Shown here piece by piece: positions 26,919-37,351 of a stretch of 64,000 nt of DNA. The position numbers were made by a program, and so were the translations under genes. The stretch is from the NCBI GenBank assembly GCA_035319765.1, contig DATHCB010000148.1, forward strand, positions 1,076 to 65,075, given 5' to 3'. Position 1 is the stretch's first letter. Every line of letters starts with the position of its first letter. Source of the stretch: Candidatus Bathyarchaeia archaeon (GTDB lineage Archaea > Thermoproteota > Bathyarchaeia > Bathyarchaeales > SOJC01). The notes under the pieces are model-generated. The model had not been told where the DNA came from, did not search any database, and saw only the letters and a program-made list of their open reading frames with translations.

Positions 26919-27119
26919 TTATACTCTTACTCCCAAGAAGTAGATACCTGCGGCAAGCGCGCGCTTTGGGAGTGTGAGACGCCTGTCACTTCCACCGACA
27001 CGTAGTATCCTTGCCTTCAAACCAACTTTTGATAATAACTCTAAAGATGTTGGCTTGAATCTATGGAAACTCCCATAATGAGCTTCGATTTTTATTCCTT
27101 TTATCATTCGCCTGTTCAT
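26919..27119 (-). CDS. Small hypothetical ORF (66 aa) wedged between the GT4 and GT-C genes
   Basis: ATGA overlap with the GT4 stop (27116-27119), and its stop is 1 nt from the GT-C start. This may instead be a gene remnant. Confidence 0.35.
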   Translation of the reverse strand: MNRRMIKGIKIEAHYGSFHRFKPTSLELLSKVGLKARILRVGGSDRRLTLPKRALAAGIYFLGVRV

Positions 27120-28357
27120 GATCTTGTTTCCATGCAGAAAGCAACTTCGTATGCTTCTTCCACGACTGAAACCAGTTTGTTCCAGTTAAAGAAATGCCAT
27201 ACCCTCTTTTGTGCATTATTCCCAAGTTTTCTTCTTAATTCAGTGTCTTCAAGCACTCTTATTACGCTCTGAGCGAACGTTTCGAGATCTTCTGGTTCCA
27301 CCAATATACCTGATTTTCCATCCTGAATGTATTCTGCGATCTGTCCGACTTTATCAGCTACAATAGCTTTGCCCAAGCTCATGAGTTCCACAAGTTTTCC
27401 AGGACACTTGGCCCTGTTCAAAAGCGTATCCTTTAACGGGTAAATTGCTACATCGCCAATCGTCAAATATGAGGGCAGTTTGTCGACTCCAATCCATCCC
27501 ACTAGGACAAGGCATTCTCTTAGTCCCTTCTCTTCAGCCAGTCGCCGAAACTCGTCATCTGCACGAAGCTCACCTTTGCCTACGACAAAAACAGTCAAAT
27601 TTCCCAATTTGTCTTTTGCAATCTTCAATATATTAATAACTTTTCTGACATTGAGCTCAGAAAATTTCGTCCACAACAGGATTACACGTTTGTCTTTCAA
27701 GCCATATGCCTCGCTTATAGCTTCGACAAGAGACCTGTCACCGGGCGGTTCAAATCGATGAGGCCCGTTTGGCAGATAGAAGACCCTACCCTGAGAAACA
27801 CCTAAACTCCAGACCAGACTTTGAAGAGTTTTGCTAGCAGTCGTAATGACGTTGACATGCTTTAGAAGCCAGTCTTGCTGACGTTTCACAAGCTTGTAAC
27901 GAATTCCGCTTTTTTGCGTTAGGAATTCATCATAGAAACCTCCGTACCCAAACCAATCATCAACATCTAGCACTATTGGAATCTTTATTAATTTGAGTCG
28001 CTTGCGCGCCGATAGAAGCATAGCGCAAAGCCCACTAATCCCAACTGGAACAAATACATGTATCAGGTCAGGGTTAAGTTCAAGCGCTTTCTTAACGACA
28101 CTGTTTGCGATCGACACATGCTTTACCAGAGGCGATCTTCTGATATTAAATCCCTTAGGAATATGGACATTGTAAATCTTGACGCCTCTCAAACTATATT
28201 CTTTACCGGACTCAGATATGTTATCATACGGAGGCAAGACTATACTAACCGAATGACCTCTTGAAAGCAACGCTTCTGCCAACGGCACCATTCTCACTGG
28301 TACCGTGCCGTTTGGATAGATAGCGTAAGGTCCAACCATGACAACTTTTCTTGCCAA
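27116..28357 (-). CDS. Glycosyltransferase family 4 (GT-B, retaining)
   Basis: Typical size. C-terminal EX7E-type region PGKLVELMSLGKAIVA....I.E.I.DGKSG.LV. Confidence 0.85.
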   Translation of the reverse strand: MARKVVMVGPYAIYPNGTVPVRMVPLAEALLSRGHSVSIVLPPYDNISESGKEYSLRGVKIYNVHIPKGFNIRRSPLVKHVSIANSVVKKALELNPDLIHVFVPVGISGLCAMLLSARKRLKLIKIPIVLDVDDWFGYGGFYDEFLTQKSGIRYKLVKRQQDWLLKHVNVITTASKTLQSLVWSLGVSQGRVFYLPNGPHRFEPPGDRSLVEAISEAYGLKDKRVILLWTKFSELNVRKVINILKIAKDKLGNLTVFVVGKGELRADDEFRRLAEEKGLRECLVLVGWIGVDKLPSYLTIGDVAIYPLKDTLLNRAKCPGKLVELMSLGKAIVADKVGQIAEYIQDGKSGILVEPEDLETFAQSVIRVLEDTELRRKLGNNAQKRVWHFFNWNKLVSVVEEAYEVAFCMETRS

Positions 28358-28545
28358 TGTCTAGCACCATATGAAACAAGCATATTCCTATGTGATCGCT
28401 TGTATAAAATCATGACCGCAACAGTATTTCTTCGGCTTGCAACTGGCGAGCACTATTCATCAATGCAGTTTATTGGCAGATGAGGCTGCCATAATGGCCA
28501 ATACGGCAACGCATAATCCAGAAGCGCGCGCACACTTTGGATTTA

Positions 28546-29664
28546 TCATCGTGGGCTAGTTCTAAAGTATCTTATGTCCTTAATCGGTTCGGCATTTAGG
28601 ACAAGTTTGATATAAAGATTGTTGATTGAAAGAAACAATTTGATCAATTTCTCATAGCGTTTGGCTTCTTCATAAATCACCAAAGACTGACTAAACTTGT
28701 TTAAGATCTCTTTGTCTTTCTTTTTTGCCGCCCCAACTCTTCTTCCAGAATAGACCCGCAGGTCAAAAAGGAAGTCTTTAACACCTCTCAGAACTGATGG
28801 CACTGCGTGGCTCTTTTTGTGGAATGAAAGCAGGTAGAGTGCTTGAGCGAATTGAGTTTCAATCATGATTGGAAACAATCGAATAAAAGTCGGCAAGTCA
28901 AAAATCTCAAAGATCATTGCCAACGTGTTCTTCGTGTATAAGTACAGGTTGTGCTCATTCAGTCCGCCGAGCATTGGGCTCCTAGCATGATAAACTGAAC
29001 AGTTTGGATCATATAGGACTCTGTACCCATATTTCCAACATCTGAGGCCAAAGTCAACGTCCTCCATCAATATGAAGAAATCTGGGTTGAGAAGGAAACC
29101 AAAAATATCCATTATCTTCTTTCTAGTCAAGAATATCGCGCCTGAAGGATGCGTTACTTCAGCAAGATCCGAATACTGGCCGATATCGATCTCGCTTTCG
29201 CCCCTATCCCATCCTTGGCCTAAAATGTTGATCGTTCCGCCGCATCCGTCTAGAACCTCATTCATTAGAAGAGATATCTTTCTAGGGCATACAGCACCGA
29301 CACTTTCGTCTCGTTCCAGAATGCCCGCAAGGTCTCTTAGCCAGTTGGGACTAACGATGACATCATTGTTTAGGACGGCTATATACTCTCCTTTACAGCA
29401 TTCTGCGCCTATGTTGACGGCTTTTGGATAGCCGACATTTTTTCCAAGTTTAACTATTCTAACTCCAGCGAATGTTTTCTCTATCGATTCAAGATCGTCG
29501 CCTGAGGCGTTGTCGACAACGATTACTTCAAACTTTGAGCACGGGTATAGTGTTGCAGTTATCGATTGTATGCATCTGGAGAGCCAGCCCTTGTTGCCGT
29601 TGACGATGATTATGCTCACGTAACGAGGCGGGCTGTTATTATAATCAGTTGTCAATATTCTCAT
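28546..29664 (-). CDS. Glycosyltransferase family 2
   Basis: VSIIIVNGN...VVDNASGDD...LNNDVIV (GT-A DXD region). Confidence 0.85.
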   Translation of the reverse strand: MRILTTDYNNSPPRYVSIIIVNGNKGWLSRCIQSITATLYPCSKFEVIVVDNASGDDLESIEKTFAGVRIVKLGKNVGYPKAVNIGAECCKGEYIAVLNNDVIVSPNWLRDLAGILERDESVGAVCPRKISLLMNEVLDGCGGTINILGQGWDRGESEIDIGQYSDLAEVTHPSGAIFLTRKKIMDIFGFLLNPDFFILMEDVDFGLRCWKYGYRVLYDPNCSVYHARSPMLGGLNEHNLYLYTKNTLAMIFEIFDLPTFIRLFPIMIETQFAQALYLLSFHKKSHAVPSVLRGVKDFLFDLRVYSGRRVGAAKKKDKEILNKFSQSLVIYEEAKRYEKLIKLFLSINNLYIKLVLNAEPIKDIRYFRTSPR

Positions 29665-30146
29665 CGAGAATGAACTTCCGACGATATATTAGCGTTTCGC
29701 GGAAAATTAGACGTGCTCCAATTAGAAAATCGGCAACTCTCTCTATTTCTGCAGATTGTTCGGCGTTAAGAGCAAAATCCGCTCAACTTCAAAAATCGGT
29801 CAGATTGCCCATATGAAGGGTTTGAAGCAGAGACCGCCAATGATTATTTTTTTAGGGATGCCCTTTCTGTAATGTAATCATGACAGTTAGACCGTGGGTT
29901 ACTCAGGCGTGCGAATCGCAACTTTCTGGCGTCAACGGAATCGCCGCGCACATAGATGCAAACAGTGATAAGCTCAATGCTACTAATGGATTTGACGGAA
30001 TTCTCTAAAGACTTTATTTGTCAAGAGTCATCTCATTAGTGGATCAGACGAGTCCAGCAGGATGTCTTGATTGATCTGAAGAAAAGGCAAATATCGAGCC
30101 GACCTCAGATATACCGAAAAGTGACTTAATTCAGAAGAAAAAGCGG

Positions 30147-30503
30147 TTGGTGTCGAAAACGAAATTTGAAAAAGTTCAAGAGGACAAGAGAGGCTCGATT
30201 CACAGGTTCTTGTTCAAAGGCAAAGAATTCATAATATTATTTACCAAAAAAGGGTATCTAAGAGGAGGGGATTATCATAAGAGCAAACAACACGATGTCA
30301 TATTAGTGGGCGAAATGGAGTTTCAATACAGAGAAAATGGCAAAGAGTATAGCAAAACATTAAAGGCTGGGGAGGTGACCTGTTTTGAACCGGATGTTCC
30401 TCATTTGTTTTGCGCAAGAGAGGATACCCTGATCTTGGAATGGCTGGATGGAGAGTTTGAAAAGTCATATTACCCACCGTATAGAAAATTGGTGGAAAAA
30501 TGA
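30147..30503 (+). CDS. Small cupin-fold protein, sugar-nucleotide epimerase/isomerase-like (RmlC/FdtA/WxcM-related)
   Basis: 118 aa. EDKRGSI..F and a HK..QHDV.LVGE..F beta-barrel pattern. ATGA overlap with the downstream rfbB-like gene. TTG start. Confidence 0.55.
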   Translation: MVSKTKFEKVQEDKRGSIHRFLFKGKEFIILFTKKGYLRGGDYHKSKQHDVILVGEMEFQYRENGKEYSKTLKAGEVTCFEPDVPHLFCAREDTLILEWLDGEFEKSYYPPYRKLVEK

Positions 30504-31462
30504 GAAGAATTCTGGTAACTGGCGGCTCGGGTTTTATTGGATCAAATTTTGTCGATTATGTGATGGAAAAAACAGACTGGCATATCACAAACCTTAGCCG
30601 CCAAACGTATGCAATGAACCCTAGAGTTCTAGAACATCTAGAAAAGAGTGAAAGATACAGGTTTGTAGCCGGGGACGTCAACGATGCTATCCTCCTAGTT
30701 AACCTCTTAAAAGAGGTGGATTCGGTGGTTCATTTTGCCGCTGAAACCCATGTGGACAGAAGCTTCATTTACCCTAGGGACTTCTTAACATCGAATCTTA
30801 TGGGAACGTTCATGGTTCTTGAAGCTTTGAGGTACAGTCAGAATAAGCCAAAGTTAATATACATGTCTACAGACGAAGTTTTCGGCGATGTCTCTGAAGG
30901 ATACTCTGTCGAGAATAATCGTATCCAACCAAGAAATCCTTATTCCGCAAGTAAAGCCTCAGCAGAAATGTATTGCAACGCTTATTTCTACAGCTTCAAA
31001 GTTCCTGCAATTGTCACCAGAAGCATGAACAATTTTGGTCCGCGTCAACATCCGGAGAAGCTTGTTGGTAAGATAATAACAAGATGCTTGAGCAACACGC
31101 CTTTCACCTTGTTCGAAGGAGGTTCCGTTAGAGGTTGGATATATGTTAAGGATACCTGCGACGCCATAATGACAATTATAGAAAAAGGCGAACCAGGGGA
31201 AATATACCACATTCCACCAGATGCTTACCTAACTGTTCCAGAAGTTGCAGAGACCATTTTGAAGCTAACCGATAAACAACATCTCTTTCAAGGTTACAAG
31301 GGGGCAAGGATCAAAGACGATGAGAGGTACGCACTAGATGGAACCAAGATGACATACGATCTGAAGTGGAGACCAAGAACCTCCTTCGTCGACGGAATTA
31401 AACAGACTATTGATTGGTTCCGCCAGAATGAATGGTTCTGGAAAGGAATATACGCCCCATAA
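30500..31462 (+). CDS. rfbB: dTDP-glucose 4,6-dehydratase
   Basis: ILVTGGSGFIGSNFV, HFAAETHVDRS and YSASKASAEMY are typical RfbB/RmlB motifs. Confidence 0.85.
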   Translation: MRRILVTGGSGFIGSNFVDYVMEKTDWHITNLSRQTYAMNPRVLEHLEKSERYRFVAGDVNDAILLVNLLKEVDSVVHFAAETHVDRSFIYPRDFLTSNLMGTFMVLEALRYSQNKPKLIYMSTDEVFGDVSEGYSVENNRIQPRNPYSASKASAEMYCNAYFYSFKVPAIVTRSMNNFGPRQHPEKLVGKIITRCLSNTPFTLFEGGSVRGWIYVKDTCDAIMTIIEKGEPGEIYHIPPDAYLTVPEVAETILKLTDKQHLFQGYKGARIKDDERYALDGTKMTYDLKWRPRTSFVDGIKQTIDWFRQNEWFWKGIYAP

Positions 31463-31666
31463 ATGGGCCTTGAGTGTCTGAGATGCTGCTCAAATACCGG
31501 AAGAAATTGCTTTGAGAACTGTTTCAAAGGGCCATCCAATGGCGCCCGTGCCAAAAAATCTGGAGTGAATCAGGCTGGAATAGGTTAGTGTAGGAAGTGG
31601 AAAGAGCCTACGGACAAGCCCAAAGATGTCACTGATCAAGCGCGCTCTCGGCTATTCCTCCAGAGC

Positions 31667-32776
31667 ATGGAGCATCAACAAAGGCAACCTTCGGTGTGTG
31701 TCATAATACTTCAACGCGCCCGCGCGCTTCACTATCAAGGATTGGATATTCTCAGCAAATGTTTAGAATCAGTTTTCGCCACGGGCTATCAGAATTACAA
31801 GGTAGTGTTGATGGATAATGGCTCAAGGGACGGTCTGCCTGAGTATGTCAAGTCTTACGGAGACAAAATTAAGGTCATAAGAAGCGACGTTAACTTAGGC
31901 TTCGTTGCACGCAATAACCTCGCGTTGAGGCACATAGTAGCTGATTATATTGTGCTATTGAATGATGACGTAATCGTAGACTCGAATTGGCTGGTCGAAT
32001 TAGTTGATGAAGCGGAGAAGGACCATACGGTAGGAGCTTGTCAACCCAAGTTGAGATCATTGCGAGATCCAAAGTACTTTGAATACAATGGAGCGTGCGG
32101 GGGTATGCTTGACATCTATGGTGTTCCCTTGACTCGTGGCAGAATATTCGACTTAAGCGAAGAAGACCAGGGACAATATGACAAGACTGCCGAGGTGTTC
32201 TGGGCAAGTGGGGCTGCGCTCTTTCTGAGAGGCAATATACTAAGTGAAATAGGGCTTTTGGATGAGATGTTCCACGCCCACATGGAGGAAATAGACCTTT
32301 GCTGGAGAATGAGGTTAGCGGGGTATCGAGTTTTAAGCGTCCCAAAATCTGTAGTTTATCATCTCGGCGGAGGAACACCACTGCCCGATAAATTTTTTCT
32401 CAAACAAAGGAACAACCTGATCATGATCCTCAAGAATTACGGCAGAGGGAGTCTGCTACGGTTTCTTCCGCTAAGAGTAGTGCAAGATTCCTTCTCTCTC
32501 GCGTACTACCTAGTTAAGAAAGAAAAAGCAAGAGCTACTTCTATGCTTCCAGCTTACCTTTGGATATTGAGAAACCTTCGCCGGATTCTTATCAGCAGGT
32601 ATAGTGTTCAGGAACGAAGGAAAGTAAAGGACAAGGAAATAGCAGACGCAATGGTGCGAAAGAGCGTTGCCATTCAGCATTACGTTTTAGGGAGGAAATA
32701 CTTCAGTCAACTGGGCGGTTTGCCCCACGGTTTGAGGTATTACTTGGCTGAACCCTCAAAAAAAGGTCGCATGTGA
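31667..32776 (+). CDS. Glycosyltransferase family 2 (rhamnosyltransferase-like)
   Basis: VCVIIL......LMDNGSRDG...LLNDDVIVD....FWASGAALFLR. Confidence 0.85.
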   Translation: MEHQQRQPSVCVIILQRARALHYQGLDILSKCLESVFATGYQNYKVVLMDNGSRDGLPEYVKSYGDKIKVIRSDVNLGFVARNNLALRHIVADYIVLLNDDVIVDSNWLVELVDEAEKDHTVGACQPKLRSLRDPKYFEYNGACGGMLDIYGVPLTRGRIFDLSEEDQGQYDKTAEVFWASGAALFLRGNILSEIGLLDEMFHAHMEEIDLCWRMRLAGYRVLSVPKSVVYHLGGGTPLPDKFFLKQRNNLIMILKNYGRGSLLRFLPLRVVQDSFSLAYYLVKKEKARATSMLPAYLWILRNLRRILISRYSVQERRKVKDKEIADAMVRKSVAIQHYVLGRKYFSQLGGLPHGLRYYLAEPSKKGRM

Positions 32777-32907
32777 CTGCATAAGCAAAGAGGCGCTCTG
32801 TAAAGGCTCTTATAGAAAATAGTTCTATAGAAGCGATACCGTTACTTATATAAGAGTCCATGAGGAAGAACATTACGGAAATAAAATAAGAGATAGGAGA
32901 AATTCGA

Positions 32908-35001
32908 ATGAAGAAAAAAGCGTTACTACTACTGTTGTTAATGGCGCTATCGATAGCAACACCAATGATACTAACCAGAACCACCAATGCAGAGCCCATT
33001 CCTAGTGTATCCCCAGCGGGGTACCCAACTAGCGTTCAGTGGGCTACTGGGGGACAGGCCGTCAACGCTTCTCTTTGGACCGTCCCTGAATACCTAATGC
33101 TCTACGTCCCGGAGAGCAGTACACCCATCGTTACTTGTACAACAATCACCATACAAGGCAAAGATGCAACGGGCGCAGCCATAGAAGCGTCAGTCACATT
33201 GGACGGAAGCACAAGTCCAGGCGTTTACAACTCATTCTATCAAAGTTACTACCTGTTCGTCGATCCAGATTCCGGTTGCCCAGTGGCCTTCAGCAGCGTA
33301 ACTAGCATATTCCAGCAGAACGGCAGCGAAGGTAACCAATTCCAAATATGGACAGCTCCGCACGGCATGCCAGAATTCGCAGCACCGTGGCCACAATACC
33401 TTGGTCAGTATGGTGCGGCGACAGGTTGGCAACCCGGCATAGACTACCCGACATACAAAACGGGACCGTACCTATATTCAGCAGGTCCTGGACTAGGGAT
33501 TGTGTTGGTTTCTCCGTTCCAGATTGAACCGACTCCCGCGGCCCCGCTCCAGGTGTTGATCAACTGGAACGACAAAGCGCTCGCGAACTCAGGCGACCAC
33601 GACTTGATACCAGAGACTGGAGAATATGGCAACGCTACAGCAAGTGACACCCTCTACATAACAGGCCTGAATCAAAAGGGCAATCCGCAAACAGCAAGTG
33701 TCAGCATTTCTGTAGGCAACTGGGACGACCTCGTAACAGCCCCTGGTGCATGGTCTACGGTCTGCAATGTGTGGGACACGAGCAGTTCGCCGAACACTTT
33801 CTACATCTTCACGGCCCCTCAACCAAGTGCAGAGCTGTTTAGTTACACATTGCTTATCGATCATTTGGTGATTCACCCCACTGCCTATGACATCTTGGCT
33901 AACCCGTACGTGCCAGCTGGGATGACGTGCGTATACGTTTCGCTGGCCGATCAAGACGGTAACTTGATTCACGAAGCTTACACACCATGGAACACGGGCA
34001 CATACATCGACGTTAACTTCGCAACAACCGCAGGAACTGTGACACCCTCTTGTAACGTTTGGATACCACAGGGCGGTTACTATAACTACACACTTCTATG
34101 CGCAGACACTAACCCACGGACATTCAACGTTACCGCATTTGCGATTGTACCAACGCTGAAGCTCGCATCAGGAGAAGTGGTGCGTCCCGCACTGGAGTTG
34201 TTCGTCTGGACTGAAATGGTCGAAGACGGAGTCAACTCAGTCTTCTCATATAACGGTTGGCCGTTGACCCCGCTGACCTGGGGCTATACGACCTGGGCCT
34301 CTGATCCGAGCACCGGTGCGTATGACATCACTATCGCGTGTTTCACCGGATGTGATCCACCACAGCCTTACTTGCCACCGCCAGTTGGACCAGAACCAAC
34401 CGGAATAAAACTGAACGGACCAATATACGAAGTCCACATTCCGCTGTACACAGGATGCAACCTAATCTCAACTCCAGTCAGCCTCATACTCGACAACCTT
34501 ACCTACTCAAACTACCCGACCACTAGCTATCTAACCGGCATACCGATGTATCTTCTGTTCGGCAAGACTGGGGCGGGCTGCATAGAAGCTGTATGGTGGT
34601 ACGTCGATGGGAACTGGAATGTATACGTGCCAGGCGTTACAGCTCCTTCCAACACTTCGTTGTTCCAAGACGGATTAGGCTACTGGATCAAAGCTGAGAA
34701 GCCATGCACACTGGAACTCAGCGGCGTTTGGCTTGAAAACGGTCCATTCACGCCGCCAACATACGAGCTATACGCACAATCGTGGAACCTGATAGGCGTG
34801 ACGACGACCACCGGAATAAGCATCGCTGACTACTTAGCCAGTACTGCGAGCGGCTTCACTAGCGGAGCGTGCGCCGGCCCAGTTTGGGTATACTACGCAT
34901 ACATGAACGCGTGGGTCAGAAACCCGTCTTGGGGTCTTTACCCTGGCGAAGCGTTCTGGGTCTACAACAGCGCAGTTTGCCCAGTTTACATAGCGCCATA
35001 G
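32908..35001 (+). CDS. Large secreted protein (697 aa), no membrane anchor; candidate major surface (S-layer-type) protein
   Basis: Signal peptide MKKKALLLLLLMALSIATPMILTRTTNA. Beta-rich, Trp/Tyr/Pro-rich composition with several sequons. No family recognised. Confidence 0.8.
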   Translation: MKKKALLLLLLMALSIATPMILTRTTNAEPIPSVSPAGYPTSVQWATGGQAVNASLWTVPEYLMLYVPESSTPIVTCTTITIQGKDATGAAIEASVTLDGSTSPGVYNSFYQSYYLFVDPDSGCPVAFSSVTSIFQQNGSEGNQFQIWTAPHGMPEFAAPWPQYLGQYGAATGWQPGIDYPTYKTGPYLYSAGPGLGIVLVSPFQIEPTPAAPLQVLINWNDKALANSGDHDLIPETGEYGNATASDTLYITGLNQKGNPQTASVSISVGNWDDLVTAPGAWSTVCNVWDTSSSPNTFYIFTAPQPSAELFSYTLLIDHLVIHPTAYDILANPYVPAGMTCVYVSLADQDGNLIHEAYTPWNTGTYIDVNFATTAGTVTPSCNVWIPQGGYYNYTLLCADTNPRTFNVTAFAIVPTLKLASGEVVRPALELFVWTEMVEDGVNSVFSYNGWPLTPLTWGYTTWASDPSTGAYDITIACFTGCDPPQPYLPPPVGPEPTGIKLNGPIYEVHIPLYTGCNLISTPVSLILDNLTYSNYPTTSYLTGIPMYLLFGKTGAGCIEAVWWYVDGNWNVYVPGVTAPSNTSLFQDGLGYWIKAEKPCTLELSGVWLENGPFTPPTYELYAQSWNLIGVTTTTGISIADYLASTASGFTSGACAGPVWVYYAYMNAWVRNPSWGLYPGEAFWVYNSAVCPVYIAP

Positions 35002-35051
35002 TAACCCTGTGGAGGTCTATGTCTCTCCCCTCCTTTTTTTTGTGATTCATT

Positions 35052-36218
35052 ATGAAAAAAATAACAACCCTCAAGTTCGTGATAGCGCTTTCGATATGCG
35101 CATTCATGATAACGCCCATAGTAAGGGCTCAGGCTACTCCGCAGCCCCCATGCCTGTTCTACGGGAACGTGACAGTTGATGGTCTTCCGGCCAAAGATGG
35201 CCTGACCGTTATGGCAATGATATCGGGAACAACGCTCAATTGGACGACACAAACGGCAAACGGAACCTACGGCTGGGGGGCGATGGGAAGCAGCCAGTTC
35301 ATGATACCCTCCAATAGTCCTAACTCAACGCAGATAGACGGAGGCGTGACCGGGGACGAAATCATATTCTATGTGAACGGAACCGAAACAAGTCAAACAG
35401 CAGCCTTCGATTCTGGATCTGCCGTGAGATTAGACCTATCGATCGGCAGTGGAACCGGTTTAGAGCAGTCTGCGCTCACGGAATCTTTAAACTGCTCAAC
35501 AGCCTACGTGGGCTACAGCGTCGGAATCAGCGGCAGACTAGTCTACCCCGACCATACGGGAATCTCGCAGGCGTACCTTCTGGCAGAATACAGCGTGCCT
35601 GGCAATGCAACTTGGATTCCAATAACATCGTTCAACACGACGGGCACCGGGAATTACTACGCCGAATGGACGCCAAACGCTGCAGGAGTATACGCCATAA
35701 AAGTTAGCTGGGCGGGGAACACAAACGTCGCAGGAGCAGAAGCTACTGTGAACCTGGCGATAACCTCCACCCAAGACAAATACGTCTTCTCAGTCATCTC
35801 CAACTCAACTATCTCAGGATTATCCTACGATTCATCTGGCAAAGTACTCGACTTCACCGTGAGTGGCCCCTTGGGAACAATGGGCTACGCCAACATAACA
35901 ATCCCAAGAGACCTCATCAGCAACATCGCTCAACTGACTGCACATCTCGACGGCGACCAAATTCTTTACACAACCACCAGCGCGAACGATTCTTGGACGA
36001 TCTGCATTAATTATCTGCACAGCACACACACGGTTACGGTAAACCTAAGCCCAGCCAGCCCACCCTTCCTCGCAACGACACTCGGAACGGTAACCATAAT
36101 CGCAATGACAATAGCCATAATGATAGCGATGTTCACGGCATACACAAGGCTCTCGCAGCGAAGGAAGTCAAGAAACTACCATGGTATGCACTTTAGGCCG
36201 CGGACAAAATCGGATTAA
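35052..36218 (+). CDS. Secreted protein (388 aa) with Ig/CarboxypepD_reg-like domains and a C-terminal TM anchor
   Basis: Signal peptide ...MITPIVRAQA. At least a dozen N-X-S/T sequons. C-terminus SPASPPFLATTLGTVTIIAMTIAIMIAMFTAYTRLSQRRKSR. Confidence 0.8.
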   Translation: MKKITTLKFVIALSICAFMITPIVRAQATPQPPCLFYGNVTVDGLPAKDGLTVMAMISGTTLNWTTQTANGTYGWGAMGSSQFMIPSNSPNSTQIDGGVTGDEIIFYVNGTETSQTAAFDSGSAVRLDLSIGSGTGLEQSALTESLNCSTAYVGYSVGISGRLVYPDHTGISQAYLLAEYSVPGNATWIPITSFNTTGTGNYYAEWTPNAAGVYAIKVSWAGNTNVAGAEATVNLAITSTQDKYVFSVISNSTISGLSYDSSGKVLDFTVSGPLGTMGYANITIPRDLISNIAQLTAHLDGDQILYTTTSANDSWTICINYLHSTHTVTVNLSPASPPFLATTLGTVTIIAMTIAIMIAMFTAYTRLSQRRKSRNYHGMHFRPRTKSD

Positions 36219-36345
36219 GAGTTAAGCGGCTTAAAACTGCCTCGACATGCCAAGACGACGTCGCTATTGATCACTTGTTAGAGATTTAACGCAAGTTGAT
36301 TCCCTATTCTTTGAACGATTCGGACACGCATAGCAAACTGCGTGA

Positions 36346-37116
36346 CTACGGCTCCCTGAGCTCCCACCACAGCTTAAGTAAGCCGCTGAACTGCGACAGG
36401 ACGATTCTCGGTATCTTCGACAACTTATACACGCGCGTGGCGCCATTCTTTCTAATCATGTGATTAACTGGAATCTCCGTGATGCTGTAGTCTCTTTCAA
36501 CTGCTCTTACGGTGAACTCTGTCCAGAAGCTCTCGTTCATGTACCTGAACCCATCTGCTATGAGTCTTGCCACTTCGGTTTTCATCAATTTGTACGGAGA
36601 GGTAACATCTCGAAACTTTGGCAATCCGATAAGTGATCTGTTCATCCTCTGAAAGGCGTCGGACATGAATTTCCTAAAAGGCGAATCGGCCCTGTTAATC
36701 CTGCATCCGCTGACAATATCGAACTTCGCCCTCAAATCCCAAAGATTCCAAAAATCCAAGGCTCCCAGTTGCCCATCAGAATCCGTGATGAGAACATAAT
36801 CAGCGCTTACGAGTTCCAAGCCGTACTTTATTCCGCGCGCGTAGCCCTTTCGTGCTGGTGAAAGCGTAGCCTTGAGGGGCATCTGCTTGGCGAGATGACC
36901 TATAACTTCTCTGGTTCCGTCAGTGCTCCCGTCTTCACTGAGAACAATTTCAACAGGCACCCTGACACTTATAGTCTTGTAGAAGTCCAGTGCAACTTCT
37001 TCAATAATGTCCGCCTCATTGTGAACGGGCATCAAAACGGAGACCTGAGCCCTCTGCCTCGTAGCCGTAAAGGTGTCTATCAAAAGAGACCCATCTGACA
37101 CCGATATTTCTCCCAT
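36346..37116 (-). CDS. Glycosyltransferase family 2, dolichyl-phosphate hexose synthase-like
   Basis: VSVLMPVHNEADIIEEV...SEDGSTDGT...ITDSDGQ. Confidence 0.8.
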   Translation of the reverse strand: MGEISVSDGSLLIDTFTATRQRAQVSVLMPVHNEADIIEEVALDFYKTISVRVPVEIVLSEDGSTDGTREVIGHLAKQMPLKATLSPARKGYARGIKYGLELVSADYVLITDSDGQLGALDFWNLWDLRAKFDIVSGCRINRADSPFRKFMSDAFQRMNRSLIGLPKFRDVTSPYKLMKTEVARLIADGFRYMNESFWTEFTVRAVERDYSITEIPVNHMIRKNGATRVYKLSKIPRIVLSQFSGLLKLWWELREP

Positions 37117-37351
37117 TTCATTGCTCCCAGAGTGCCCTTCCTAGAGATAACTAAACCGACCGTTTCTCGGCTATTTAAGCTTAATAGGAACAAAAAACCT
37201 AGAAAACAATTCTAGAACGTAATATCATCGCCCTTCAGCAAAATCGAACAATTCGCACTCGCCATCGCACAAGTAAACTGGACGCTTCCTCAAAGGACTA
37301 AACTAATATACAGTCGAAAAGACTTTCCTCTCTGATCAAGAGGTCATCATC

